In this document: positions 28,980-38,812 of the stretch, in pieces
How the letters are laid out: each line of letters begins with the position of its first letter
Position numbering within the stretch: the first letter of the stretch is position 1
Source: Dehalococcoidia bacterium
GTDB lineage: Bacteria > Chloroflexota > Dehalococcoidia > Bin125
Assembly (NCBI GenBank): GCA_963422755.1
Contig: OY730488.1
Strand: one strand, 5' to 3'
Length of the DNA stretch: 64,000 nt
Notes under the pieces: generated by a model
Told to the model about the DNA's origin: nothing
What the model saw: the letters and a program-made list of their open reading frames with translations, nothing else
The model's database searches: none
Position numbers and translations under genes: made by a program

Positions 28980-29972
28980 GTGTACGGACTGCGGACGATG
29001 TTCCTCGTGGTCCTGATGGCGGGACTGATGATGGTGGCGGGCTTCGCCGTCGCTGGCACCATAGGCCTGATCGTGATGCTCGTCATCGCCTTGGGCATCA
29101 ATCTCTACAGCTACTACAACTCCCACTCGATGGTGCCCAAGCTGATGGGCGGCCAACTCGTCACGGCGCAGGAAGCGCCCGAGCTCTATCGCATCGTTGA
29201 GCGTGCCGCCTGCCAGGCCCAGATGCCCTTCCGCCCCGAACAGTTGGCGCAGTTCACCACCGAGCACCTCGAAGCCCGCTGCAACGGACACTGCCGACCT
29301 GGTGACTGTCCCCGTCACATGCCATCGGTGTATGTCATCGACACCCCGATCCCCAACGCCTTCGCGACCGGCCGCCATCCGAACCATTCCGCAGTCGCCG
29401 CTACGACAGGCATTATGGGTCTCCTCACCCAGCGCGAGCTGTCCGGCGTCATGGCGCACGAGCTCGCACACGTCACCAACCGCGACACGCTGTGGTCAAC
29501 GATCGTCGCCTCAATGGCCATGGTGATCTCCTTCATCGCGATGCTGGCGCAGTGGGCGCTGTTTACGGCGTTCCTCTTTGGCGGCATGGGTGGGCAGAAC
29601 AACGAGAACGGCGGCGGTGCCGGTCACCTCGCCGGCGCCTTGATCGTGGCGATCATCGCGCCGTTCATTGCGATGATGATTCAGACGGCGGTCAGCCGAC
29701 AGCGCGAGCTGAACGCCGACGACACCGGCGCCCGGCGCGGCGGCGATCCCGAAGCGCTCGCCTACGCGTTGATGAAGCTGGAAGAAGGCGTCCGCACGCC
29801 GCAGTCGCGCTACGCTGCCGAAGAGATGAAAACAGCCGAGGCTGCCAACCACATGTTCATCGTGAACCCGCTCGCCGGCGGTGCCGGACGCTGGTTCTCC
29901 ACCCATCCCCCCACCGAGCAGCGCGTCGAACGCCTACGCAAGATCGGCGAGGAGATCGGTCGCCCCTTCTGA
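28980..29972 (+). CDS. htpX: M48-family zinc metalloprotease HtpX homolog
   Basis: It has two N-terminal TM helices, HELAHV (HExxH), PNAFATG and C-terminal TM helices. A roughly 30-aa Cys/His-rich insertion precedes the PNAFATG motif. Confidence 0.85.
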   Translation: MYGLRTMFLVVLMAGLMMVAGFAVAGTIGLIVMLVIALGINLYSYYNSHSMVPKLMGGQLVTAQEAPELYRIVERAACQAQMPFRPEQLAQFTTEHLEARCNGHCRPGDCPRHMPSVYVIDTPIPNAFATGRHPNHSAVAATTGIMGLLTQRELSGVMAHELAHVTNRDTLWSTIVASMAMVISFIAMLAQWALFTAFLFGGMGGQNNENGGGAGHLAGALIVAIIAPFIAMMIQTAVSRQRELNADDTGARRGGDPEALAYALMKLEEGVRTPQSRYAAEEMKTAEAANHMFIVNPLAGGAGRWFSTHPPTEQRVERLRKIGEEIGRPF

Positions 29973-30083
29973 TAACTGGCGTGTTCTGCTCTGCGCCCCC
30001 AACCTCCCCAGGCACTCCATTTCACTCTAGGGTGCGACCGCCGTGTCGCGCGGGGCCAGTGTCGTGGTCTTCGCCATACGCGG

Positions 30084-32051
30084 CTACTGCAGGCTCGACT
30101 TCATCGTCTCCCACGCCGACCGCGCATCTTCGACCGAGCCTTCATCTTCGATCGTCGAGATGTCGCCGGGATCGGTGTCAAGCGTCACAGCCTTCAGCAC
30201 CCGACGCATAATCTTGCCAGACCGCGTCTTGGGCAGCGCGTCGACGAAGTTGAGCTCGCCGATCACCGCGACCGGGCCCAGCTCGGATCGGATCGTCTGC
30301 AGAATCTCGCCCTTGAGCGCATCACCCGCTTCGTAGCCCGCCTTGAGCACGACGAAGGCGGAAATCACCTCGCCGCGCAGCTCGTCGGGACGACCCGTGA
30401 CCCCCGCCTCGGCCGCGCCAGGATGCCGCAAGATGGCCGACTCGACCTCAATTGTGCCAAGTCGGTGCGCCGCGATCTTGATGATTTCGTCCGCGCGCCC
30501 CGAGAACCAGACGTAGTCATCCGCGTCGACCGACGTCGCATCGCCGGTGAAGTAGACCTGTCGACCAGGCACCTTGCCCCAGTAGTCGGCCTGGTACCGC
30601 TCAGGCTCACCCCAAAGCCGCGCGGTCAGGCCGGGGAACGGTCTGGTGATCGCGAAGATGCCCTTCTCACCCGCCGACAGCTCGTCGCCCTCCGGAGACA
30701 GCACGGCCCCTTCAACGCCCGGCAGTGGAATCCCAGCTGATCCTGGCTTGATCGGCAACATCTGGATGCCGAACGGATTGCCCACGATCGGCCCACCGGT
30801 TTCGGTCTGCCACATGTGATCGAGCACCGGAATCTGGTCGCCGAAGACCTCGTGCTGGAACCACTCCCAGGCTGGCGGATTCAACACTTCGCCCGCCGAG
30901 AAGACTCGCGAGAGTGAGGACATGTCAACCGATTCGGCCGGCTCGACGCCCGAGCGCATCAGCAGCCGAATCGCCGTTGGCGAAGTGAACATCCCGGTCA
31001 CGCCGTGATCTTCGATGATGCGGTAAAACGTGCCCACGCCGGGATGGTCGAGTGCACCCTCGAAAGAGATCGTCGTCGCACCCGCCAACAGCGGGCCGTA
31101 GACGATGTACGAGTGCCCCACGACCCAGCCGATGTCCGAAGTTGCCCACCAGACGTCCTCAGCCTGGAGGTCGAACACCCACTCGGCCTGACTGGCGACC
31201 CAAACCGGGTAGCCGCCGTGCGTGTGCACGCAGAGCTTCGGCCGCGCCGTCGTGCCCGACGTCGCCAGGATGTACGCTGGCTCGTTCGCTTCCATCGCCA
31301 CCCATGAGCCATCGCCACCCTCGCCGGCAGCGAGGAAATCCGCCCAGCTCATCTCCAGCGCTCCGCCGATGTTTGGGCTGTCCTCGATTCGGCGTTCCAC
31401 GACGACGGTCTCGATGATCTCCGCCGCCCCCTCCTGCTCCAGCGCGCCGCGCACGAAGTGATCGAGCGGCACATTGCGTCCCCGCCGATACGTGGAGTCA
31501 GTGCAGAACAGCACTTTGGCTTCAGCGAGCTTCACGCGTTCGGCGATAGCACCTGCGCCAAATCCAGCGAAGATGACCAAGTGCACCGCACCGATCCGCG
31601 TGCAGGCGAGCATCAGCGCGATCGCCTCGAAATTCGTCGGCATATAGATCGCGACACGGTCACCGCGCTCAATCCCGATGCTCCGCAGCGAAGCCGCCAT
31701 CCGCTCGACTTGCTTGAGTAGCTGCGCATACGTGAAGACGCGCTGGCCGCCATGCTCATCGAGCGCGATCAGCGCCGCGCGACCGCCATGTCCATTGATC
31801 ACCTGCGCGTCGAGACAGGCATAGCTGAGGTTGGTCTCGCCGCCAATGAACCAGCGAAACGCCGGCACGTCGCCCGGCGTCCATTCGAACACCTCATCCC
31901 ACTCACGGAACCAGGGAATCCGCGCCGCCGCCTGCGACCAGAACGCATCGGGCTCGTCCAGCGCTCGACGCTGAATTTCGCGGACGACCGGCCCTACCAG
32001 ATCGATCTCGGACGCCATCAGCCAACTCCCAGTCCTTGGCCCTTGGTACAT
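30084..32051 (-). CDS. AMP-forming acyl-CoA synthetase (acetyl/propionyl-CoA synthetase family). The start is at 32051, or at 32018 (MASEIDL...).
   Basis: The product has Acs/PrpE-like motifs: YILATSGTTARPK, WWATSDIGW and C-terminal PKTRSGKIMRR. Confidence 0.85.
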   Translation of the reverse strand: MYQGPRTGSWLMASEIDLVGPVVREIQRRALDEPDAFWSQAAARIPWFREWDEVFEWTPGDVPAFRWFIGGETNLSYACLDAQVINGHGGRAALIALDEHGGQRVFTYAQLLKQVERMAASLRSIGIERGDRVAIYMPTNFEAIALMLACTRIGAVHLVIFAGFGAGAIAERVKLAEAKVLFCTDSTYRRGRNVPLDHFVRGALEQEGAAEIIETVVVERRIEDSPNIGGALEMSWADFLAAGEGGDGSWVAMEANEPAYILATSGTTARPKLCVHTHGGYPVWVASQAEWVFDLQAEDVWWATSDIGWVVGHSYIVYGPLLAGATTISFEGALDHPGVGTFYRIIEDHGVTGMFTSPTAIRLLMRSGVEPAESVDMSSLSRVFSAGEVLNPPAWEWFQHEVFGDQIPVLDHMWQTETGGPIVGNPFGIQMLPIKPGSAGIPLPGVEGAVLSPEGDELSAGEKGIFAITRPFPGLTARLWGEPERYQADYWGKVPGRQVYFTGDATSVDADDYVWFSGRADEIIKIAAHRLGTIEVESAILRHPGAAEAGVTGRPDELRGEVISAFVVLKAGYEAGDALKGEILQTIRSELGPVAVIGELNFVDALPKTRSGKIMRRVLKAVTLDTDPGDISTIEDEGSVEDARSAWETMKSSLQ

Positions 32052-32123
32052 GCAGGATGCATGTGGGCTACGTCGTCGTGCGGATACCGTATGCGGAGAG
32101 TATCAGCGGAGGGGGAGGACCCG

Positions 32124-33647
32124 ATGGACGAAGACGTCATGCAGGAGGTGCTCGACGCGCGAGCGCGGGCTATGGACGCTGCTCGACCGGACGCGGTCGC
32201 CCAGGTGCACGCGAAGGACAAGTTCACCGCCCGCGAGCGCATTGACATGGTGCTCGACGCGGGCAGCTTCGTCGAGTACGGCGTGCTCGCCGTGCCCGCC
32301 AACCAGTCCATGTCCGGTCCGGCCGACGGACTGGTGCAGGGATTCGGCACGGTCGACGGACATCCGGTGGCAATCGCGTCGTACGACTACACCGTGCAGG
32401 GCGGCACGCAAACAGCGCTCAATCACGGCAAGTTCGACCGCCTGATCGATCTCGTCCACGAGCGTCGCTGGCCGCTCATCACCTTCGCCGACGGCGGCGG
32501 CGCGCGCGCCCATGATCTGGCCGGCTCACAGCGCGGGCTGACGGGACGCTGGGGCACCTTCGACGGCATGGCACAGCTGTCGGGCTGGACGCCGACCGTC
32601 TCAGTCGTGTCGGGCCGCTCGTTCGCGGGCAACGCATCGATCGCCGGGCTCTCCGATTTCATCGTCGCCACGCGCGACTCTGCCATTGGCATGGGCGGCC
32701 CGCCGCTGGTCGAAGGCGCCATGGGACTGAAACTCACGCCCGACGAGATCGGTCCCGCCGAGATGCACGACCGCGTTGGCGGCATCGACCTGATGGTCGA
32801 AACCGAGACGCAAGCGATCGACGCCGCCGGCAGCTACCTGCGCTACTTCCTCTACGACCTGCCCGACGGCGAGCCTGACCCTTGGGCCGAGCGCATCCGC
32901 GGCATCGTGCCCTCCAACCGCAGACGCGCCTACGACATGCGCCGCGTGATTCGCGCGATCATGGATTGCGACAGCGTCTTCGAGCTGCGACCAACCTGGG
33001 CGCCTCAGCTGATCACGGCGCTCGCGCGGCTCGGCGGACGCTCGGTCGGGATCATCGCCAACCAGCCGCTGTCGGTGATCGCTGGAGCGATCGACTCCGA
33101 TGCCTCCGACAAGATCGCCCGCTTCATCCAGCTCTGTGACGCGCACGAGATCGCGATGGTTTCCTTAGTCGACAATCCTGGCTACATGGTCGGACGGCCA
33201 GCTGAGGAGGCAGGTATCGCGCGGCACCATGCCCGGCCGATCATCGCGCATCAAAATCGGACGGTGCCGCTCTACACCGTCCAGCTGCGCAAGGCCTACG
33301 GACTCGGCCCCGCTGCGATGGGCAACTCCTACGCGCCGCGCGACATCCGCCTCGCCTGGCCGACCGCGGAATCGGGCGGCATGGGGCTGGAAGGCGCGTC
33401 GCTGTTGGTCAACCGCGACCGCATCCGCGAGGTCGAGCAGACCGATCCCGCTGAAGCCCGTCGCCTACGCGATGAATGGGCGACTGAGATGCGCGAGCGC
33501 AACTCCGCCATCAACGCCGGCCGCCGCTACGAATTCGATGACGTCGTGCTACCCGAAGAAACGCGCGACGTGTTGATCCGGATGCTCCGCATGACGCCCC
33601 GCGCACCCCTGTCGCCAACCAAGAAACACGCCGTCGACGCCTGGTAA
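32124..33647 (+). CDS. Acyl-CoA carboxylase carboxyltransferase subunit (AccD/PccB family)
   Basis: It has a two-domain carboxyl-transferase fold. A GGAGGG ribosome-binding site precedes the ATG at 32124. The upstream part of track ORF 31752.. is spurious. Confidence 0.85.
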   Translation: MDEDVMQEVLDARARAMDAARPDAVAQVHAKDKFTARERIDMVLDAGSFVEYGVLAVPANQSMSGPADGLVQGFGTVDGHPVAIASYDYTVQGGTQTALNHGKFDRLIDLVHERRWPLITFADGGGARAHDLAGSQRGLTGRWGTFDGMAQLSGWTPTVSVVSGRSFAGNASIAGLSDFIVATRDSAIGMGGPPLVEGAMGLKLTPDEIGPAEMHDRVGGIDLMVETETQAIDAAGSYLRYFLYDLPDGEPDPWAERIRGIVPSNRRRAYDMRRVIRAIMDCDSVFELRPTWAPQLITALARLGGRSVGIIANQPLSVIAGAIDSDASDKIARFIQLCDAHEIAMVSLVDNPGYMVGRPAEEAGIARHHARPIIAHQNRTVPLYTVQLRKAYGLGPAAMGNSYAPRDIRLAWPTAESGGMGLEGASLLVNRDRIREVEQTDPAEARRLRDEWATEMRERNSAINAGRRYEFDDVVLPEETRDVLIRMLRMTPRAPLSPTKKHAVDAW

Positions 33648-33675
33648 ATGCAGCAAATCCAAGCGGGCGGCAGTG

Positions 33676-34608
33676 CTACAGAGCGGCACGGCCGCCTTCG
33701 AGCTGGATGGTGGGCAGTTCGATCCCTGCGGCGGCTTCCAACGCCTCCAATGTAGCGAGGAACGACTGCTCGCCCAATCCAGCGCTGAGCGCGCGCAGAT
33801 ACGTCTGGTGCGCTGCGTTGGCCACGGGCATCGGGACTTGATTGACGCGCGCCGCCTCGAGCGCCAGCGACACATCTTTCTCCGCCAAACGCAACGTGAA
33901 CGATGGATCGTCGAAGCGCTTGCCCAACAGATACGGGGCCAGCCCCATATACGGACGCGCCGTCCCCAAACGCAGCTTCTCCACCAGATCCTCTGGATCG
34001 AGACCCGCTTTCGTCCCCAGCACCAGCGCTTCCTGCACGATCTGGTTGCCGCAGAGAATGATGACGTTGTTCAGCAGCTTGAACAGGCAACCTGCGCCAG
34101 CCTCGCCCAGGTGGAAGACGTTCGCGCCGATCTGCTCCAGCAGCGGCTGCACACGCTCGAACGCCTCGACGTCCCCGCTGCCGAGCACCGTCAACGTACC
34201 GGCTTCGGCACCCGGCACGCCGCCGGTGACGGGCGCGTCGATATAAGCGACGCCCGCCTGCGCCTCACGCTCGGCGAGGCGGCGCACGGTCGTGATCGAG
34301 TTGCTGCTGAGGTCGACGTGGATATCTCCACGCTGCGCACCTTCCAGAATGCCTTCCGGTCCACTGATCACATACTCCACCTCAGGCGGTCCAGGCAGCG
34401 ATGTGAACACCACCGCGCAGCGCGAGGCCACGTCGGCTGCGCTGGCGCCCGGCTCAGCGCCTAGCTCCAGCAGATTCTCCATCGTCTCCGGCCGCAGGTC
34501 GAAGACGACGAGCTGGCACCCGGCAGCGATGAGCTGACGCGCCATCGGGTTACCGATATTGCCAGCGCCGATGAATCCGATCCTCTGTTCGCGCGTGCTG
34601 TTCGTCAT
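33676..34608 (-). CDS. NAD(P)-dependent 3-hydroxyisobutyrate-dehydrogenase-family oxidoreductase (MmsB / 6PGDH NAD-binding)
   Basis: It has the Rossmann motif IGFIGAGNIGNPMA and the MmsB-family C-terminal domain. Confidence 0.85.
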   Translation of the reverse strand: MTNSTREQRIGFIGAGNIGNPMARQLIAAGCQLVVFDLRPETMENLLELGAEPGASAADVASRCAVVFTSLPGPPEVEYVISGPEGILEGAQRGDIHVDLSSNSITTVRRLAEREAQAGVAYIDAPVTGGVPGAEAGTLTVLGSGDVEAFERVQPLLEQIGANVFHLGEAGAGCLFKLLNNVIILCGNQIVQEALVLGTKAGLDPEDLVEKLRLGTARPYMGLAPYLLGKRFDDPSFTLRLAEKDVSLALEAARVNQVPMPVANAAHQTYLRALSAGLGEQSFLATLEALEAAAGIELPTIQLEGGRAAL

Positions 34609-34635
34609 CGGGGCCCCTTCCGCCTCAAGCAGTGA

Positions 34636-35283
34636 TCATTCATCCCACAATTCGCTCTCACCCTCAATCGCTCGCCACATATACCAGCTTCCAACCGACC
34701 GATAGGGCGACCACGGTTCGCCGATAGCGAGCGCTTCTTTGGGGGACGGCATCTGCGCGAGCCGATACGCCACCTGCATACCCTTACGGATGCCCAGATC
34801 GCCGACCGGCAACACGTCGGGGCGGCCCAAGTGAAACATCAGGTGCATGTGCGCTGTCCACTCGCCAACCCCGCGCACCTGCGTCAACGACGCGATGACT
34901 TCCTCGTCAGACAGCCGATTCATCCGCGAAAATCGGAGACGACCGCTCGACGCGTGCTGGGCCAGGTCGCGGAAGTACGACATCTTCTGCCGCGAGATTC
35001 CGCAGGCGCGAAAATCCTCATCCGCCGTCGCCAGAATCTGCTCCGGCGTCGGCGTAGCCTCCTCGTCTCCGTAAAACGCGAACCAGCGGCGCTGAATCGC
35101 CGCCGCCGCCGCACCCGCCAGCTGCTGAAACAGGATCGACCGAACCAACGCTGACCAGGGGTCGGGCGACGGACGCGGCTGATAGTGTCCGTGCTGATCG
35201 ATCAACCGCGCCAGTACGGGATCAGCCGCGCGCAGGTGCGCCGACGCGCGGCGGATGGAAAACTTGCGTCGCACTGGCGCCAT
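34636..35283 (-). CDS. alkA: DNA-3-methyladenine glycosylase II (HhH-GPD, AlkA-like)
   Basis: It has the HhH-GPD motif (VRGVGEWTAHMHLMFHLGRPDVLPVGDLG). Confidence 0.8.
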   Translation of the reverse strand: MAPVRRKFSIRRASAHLRAADPVLARLIDQHGHYQPRPSPDPWSALVRSILFQQLAGAAAAAIQRRWFAFYGDEEATPTPEQILATADEDFRACGISRQKMSYFRDLAQHASSGRLRFSRMNRLSDEEVIASLTQVRGVGEWTAHMHLMFHLGRPDVLPVGDLGIRKGMQVAYRLAQMPSPKEALAIGEPWSPYRSVGSWYMWRAIEGESELWDE

Positions 35284-35325
35284 CGGTCCAACCGCCCGCC
35301 GATCTCACATCACCGCTGCGATACG

Positions 35326-35958
35326 TTACTCGCTCCAGCCGTTCCAGTGGAGGAACGTCTCGAGCGGCCGACGGGGCACCGGGCCGAAGTTGGCGTCAGG
35401 GTGGCCCAGCGGAATGATCGCCACCGGCAGCGCGTTGCTGGGAATGCCCAGCTCCTCGCGGAGCTCGTCCATGATGCCGTCCTGAGGCGTGGTCAACACC
35501 GTCCCCAATCCTTCCGCGCGCGCCGCTAGCATCAAGTTCTGGATGCTCGGATAGATGCTGCTACCCGCCAGCAGTCCCGACGGCGACGGCGACGGCGACT
35601 CCGGCCGCACCAGACAGGGAATGATCCAGACTGGCGCGGCGGCGAAGTTGTCGAACAGTGTGAATGCGCCACGCAGCATCCGACGTTGCGTCGGATCGGG
35701 CAGGTCGTCAGGGTTCGGCAGATCGCCGCCCATGCGCTGGTTGAATGAGTCGCGAATCGCTGACGCTAATCGCTCGCGGATGCCGTCGTCGGTGACGACC
35801 AGGAATCCCCAGGGTTGCGAGTTACTGCCACTGGGCGCCCAACACGCCGCTTGGATCACCCGTTCGATCGTCTCACGGTCGACCGCTTCGTCTGTCCAGC
35901 GGCGGATCGCGCGCTGGGTGTGCATGACCTCGTAAATGTCTGTGGTTCGGCCACTCAT
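35326..35958 (-). CDS. Nitroreductase-family protein
   Basis: It has the nitroreductase N-terminal signature RRWTDEAVDRETIERVIQAACWAPSGSNSQPW. Confidence 0.8.
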   Translation of the reverse strand: MSGRTTDIYEVMHTQRAIRRWTDEAVDRETIERVIQAACWAPSGSNSQPWGFLVVTDDGIRERLASAIRDSFNQRMGGDLPNPDDLPDPTQRRMLRGAFTLFDNFAAAPVWIIPCLVRPESPSPSPSGLLAGSSIYPSIQNLMLAARAEGLGTVLTTPQDGIMDELREELGIPSNALPVAIIPLGHPDANFGPVPRRPLETFLHWNGWSE

Positions 35959-37400
35959 GGTTCGTCCCGTTCGTTGCGCCGAGTTTGCCAGGTCAGGAGC
36001 CGCCGCATGGCGCGGGCGGCATCGCGGATGTGGTAGTAGAGCGGCAATCCCGCCGCCGACATCATGCGGGACATCTCTGCGTTCGTACGGCCTGCTGCGT
36101 GATCGAACGAAATCGGCACCACGACCGAGATCGCTATCCCATACCGCTCTCGAGCGTTCACGATCGACTCAATCATCGCCCGTCGCGCGGTCAAACGGTC
36201 CAAATCAAAGTGATCGACACCCCAATTCATGCCGATCTGGAGGATGATCGCATCGATATGCGGATCCTCTGCAACAGCATCGAGTGTCGGTTCCAGGCTG
36301 GCCCCGTCCCACAGCGACATCGTGTCGACCGGATTGCGGATGCCAGTCCCCGCGACCGGTGTGACTTCGCCCAGCCGGCGCAGAGTGTCGTCGGCCAGCC
36401 CAGGCAGCGCCAGGCCTTCCCGCTCGACGTCGTCGGCGCCTTGCACCGAAATGCCGCCACCACCCACGACGAGACCGATGCGCGGACCGGCTGGTACCGC
36501 GTGGAACCGCCAGCCGACCAGCATGTCGACCATTTCCTGCATGTTGTGGACGAGCACCGCGTTGGCCTGGAGCGCAGCCGCCGACCAGATTTGCCCGGAG
36601 CCCGCTAGCGACGCCGTGTGCGACTGCGTCGCACGGCCGCCCGAGGGCAACAGGCCACCCTTGAGGATGGCGACGGGCTTCTGGACTGCGGTCCGGCGTA
36701 GCGAACGAAAGAATTCGCGTGCGTCCGGCATGCCTTCGATGTACGCCCCGATCAGCTCGGTTTGCGGGTCGGATGCCGCGTAGTCGAGGAGTTCAGCTGC
36801 AGACACGTCAATCGCGTTGCCAAACGAGACCACCTTGGAGAACCGCAGCCCGCGCACTGCTCCGTTATAGGCGGCGTCGCTCGCATTCGTGCCCGACTGC
36901 GAGAAGAACGCCACCGGCCCAGCCTCAGTTGGCAACGCCTGCGCGAACGAGACCCGCCCACTGGGCACGTACAGCCCCATGCAGTTCGGACCGATCAGAC
37001 GAATGCCCAGCTCGGCGGCGCGCGACTGAAGCTGATGCTGCAACTCGAGGCGGTCCGCCCTGCCGGTCTCAGCGAAGCCGGCGGTGAACAGGTGGATCGA
37101 GCGCACGCCCTTGGCCGCCGCGTCCTCGAGCATCGGCAGTACATATGCTGCTGGAATCGCGCTGATCACATGGTCGACAGGTCCCGCAATATCGGTCAGT
37201 CGCGCATACGACGGTAGACCGTCGATCTCGTCCGCCTTGGGGTTGACGGGATAGATATTGGGCTGGCCGACATCACGCAGCGACTGGATCCAACCGCCTG
37301 GACCACGAACACTGCCACTGTCGCGCGACGCCCCAACCACGGCGACGCCACGCGGATGAAAGATGGCGTCGAGCGGATGCGCGGCAGCAAAGTCAGTCAC
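35955..37400 (-). CDS. CoA-binding protein of the acetate--CoA ligase (ADP-forming) family, a paralog of 4707..6170
   Basis: It is collinear with the 4707..6170 product (VAVVGASRDSGSVRGPG, LIGPNCMGL, ILKGG...HTASLAG). Its start overlaps the nitroreductase stop (ATGA). Confidence 0.8.
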   Translation of the reverse strand: MTDFAAAHPLDAIFHPRGVAVVGASRDSGSVRGPGGWIQSLRDVGQPNIYPVNPKADEIDGLPSYARLTDIAGPVDHVISAIPAAYVLPMLEDAAAKGVRSIHLFTAGFAETGRADRLELQHQLQSRAAELGIRLIGPNCMGLYVPSGRVSFAQALPTEAGPVAFFSQSGTNASDAAYNGAVRGLRFSKVVSFGNAIDVSAAELLDYAASDPQTELIGAYIEGMPDAREFFRSLRRTAVQKPVAILKGGLLPSGGRATQSHTASLAGSGQIWSAAALQANAVLVHNMQEMVDMLVGWRFHAVPAGPRIGLVVGGGGISVQGADDVEREGLALPGLADDTLRRLGEVTPVAGTGIRNPVDTMSLWDGASLEPTLDAVAEDPHIDAIILQIGMNWGVDHFDLDRLTARRAMIESIVNARERYGIAISVVVPISFDHAAGRTNAEMSRMMSAAGLPLYYHIRDAARAMRRLLTWQTRRNERDEP

Positions 37401-37445
37401 AGTTGGCAGTCTAGGCTCAGCCCGCGGTCGCGCAGCCGCCGGCGG

Positions 37446-38018
37446 CTAGTGGCTCGGGCGCATCGTCGTGGAACTGATCGAAGAACTGCTCGATCGCACG
37501 CGCCTCCACTCCCGCAAGCGAAAGACGCGCCCCCAGGCCACCAGCATGATCGGCGCGCCCAGCGCCCCGTACGGCGCTTGGATCACATAGTCACTGTCGT
37601 TCAGGTGCTCGGCCGAGATATCGGTCAGCGAGGCAAGCTGGTCATCCGACAGCTCGGTCGGTGCATACCAGAGCACCACCGCGCCATGTTCCATCGCATG
37701 CACCACCATTTCGAATGTCGGAGTCGCACTGTAAATGCCGCACGCGAGCGGAATCGGCGAGTGCTCCTCGCCGTAGGGCGGGATCGCCGTATATTCTCCT
37801 GTTTCGCCGACCGACAGGTGAACCTGCCCATCTGTGGTGTGCTCGTTGTCGTAGACCTCAAGCTCTGCGCGATCACGGATGTGCACGAAACCACCGTCGC
37901 CATCCGAGCGGTCAACACTCTCCGAGCTCCCGCACGCGACCAGGATCAGCGCCGCAGCAAGCGTCACAACGACGCTCACCGCAATGTGACCCAGCTGACG
38001 ACGCATGTCGAGATTCAT
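37446..38018 (-). CDS. DUF3105-like lipoprotein
   Basis: The product has a signal peptide with a lipobox (LILVACGSSE) and a VHAMEHGAVVLWY motif. The start is an internal Met, and the upstream part of the track ORF is spurious. Confidence 0.55.
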   Translation of the reverse strand: MNLDMRRQLGHIAVSVVVTLAAALILVACGSSESVDRSDGDGGFVHIRDRAELEVYDNEHTTDGQVHLSVGETGEYTAIPPYGEEHSPIPLACGIYSATPTFEMVVHAMEHGAVVLWYAPTELSDDQLASLTDISAEHLNDSDYVIQAPYGALGAPIMLVAWGRVFRLREWRRVRSSSSSISSTTMRPSH

Positions 38019-38812
38019 TCGGGCGCAGCGCCTGCCGAAATCGCGGAGCCGTCCCGTTCGAGTCGGTAGCGGTCGTAGTAGCCCTCGGGCGCATTCTGCA
38101 TGAAGGCGGAGATCTGCTCGTTGCCCTCGGCGTCCCATTGACGCACCGCGAGCAGCGAGCGCCAGGCGGCGACCACGATCGTCGCGCTGTCGTGCGACTC
38201 CGGCAGACCTGCCAGCGGCACGACGGCCAGCCGCTCGCGGAATTGATGCAGGCTCTGCATCGCCCCCAGCAGACCGGATGGATCGTCGGCGCCTGTGTAC
38301 GTGTCAGGGTCGTAGTAGATCACCACACCGCCACGTTCCAGCAGCGGCAGCAGCTCGAACGGTTCGGGGACATCCTCATCATCAGGTAGGTAGACTTTGG
38401 CATCCACGCTCTCCGACGGCTGCGGACCAGAGGTCGGCGGGAAAGAGTTGTACGCGTCAAAGGCGTCGCCCTCCTCCAGATGTCGGCGCCCCTGATCGGG
38501 GAACGTCTGCACGCCCTCGACTGTGAGCACGTCTTCGGGCGGGAAGAGCAACTGCATGGCGAAGACGGCGATCATCGCCACCAGCAGTCCGCCCAGCAAC
38601 GCCACCGACATACGCGGCAGGCCGAAGATCGTGCCGCGGCGCTGCGGTGTCGCGTCCGAGCTGCTCGAACGTCGCCCCCCGCCTCGACCGCGGTCATCAG
38701 CCTCTGCAGCCGGGGCAGTATCTGCACGGCGGCCGACTTCCGACTCGCCGCCCTCGCCCGCCGGTCGCGCGGGCCGACGACGCCGGCGGCGACGTGGTGA
38801 CTGTTGGCTCAT
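38015..38812 (-). CDS. DUF3105-like membrane-anchored protein, a tandem paralog
   Basis: An Arg-rich cytoplasmic N-terminus is followed by a TM helix and an extracytoplasmic domain with the related motifs HLEEGDAFDAYNSFPPTSGP and LERGGVVIYY. Confidence 0.55.
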   Translation of the reverse strand: MSQQSPRRRRRRRPARPAGEGGESEVGRRADTAPAAEADDRGRGGGRRSSSSDATPQRRGTIFGLPRMSVALLGGLLVAMIAVFAMQLLFPPEDVLTVEGVQTFPDQGRRHLEEGDAFDAYNSFPPTSGPQPSESVDAKVYLPDDEDVPEPFELLPLLERGGVVIYYDPDTYTGADDPSGLLGAMQSLHQFRERLAVVPLAGLPESHDSATIVVAAWRSLLAVRQWDAEGNEQISAFMQNAPEGYYDRYRLERDGSAISAGAAPE

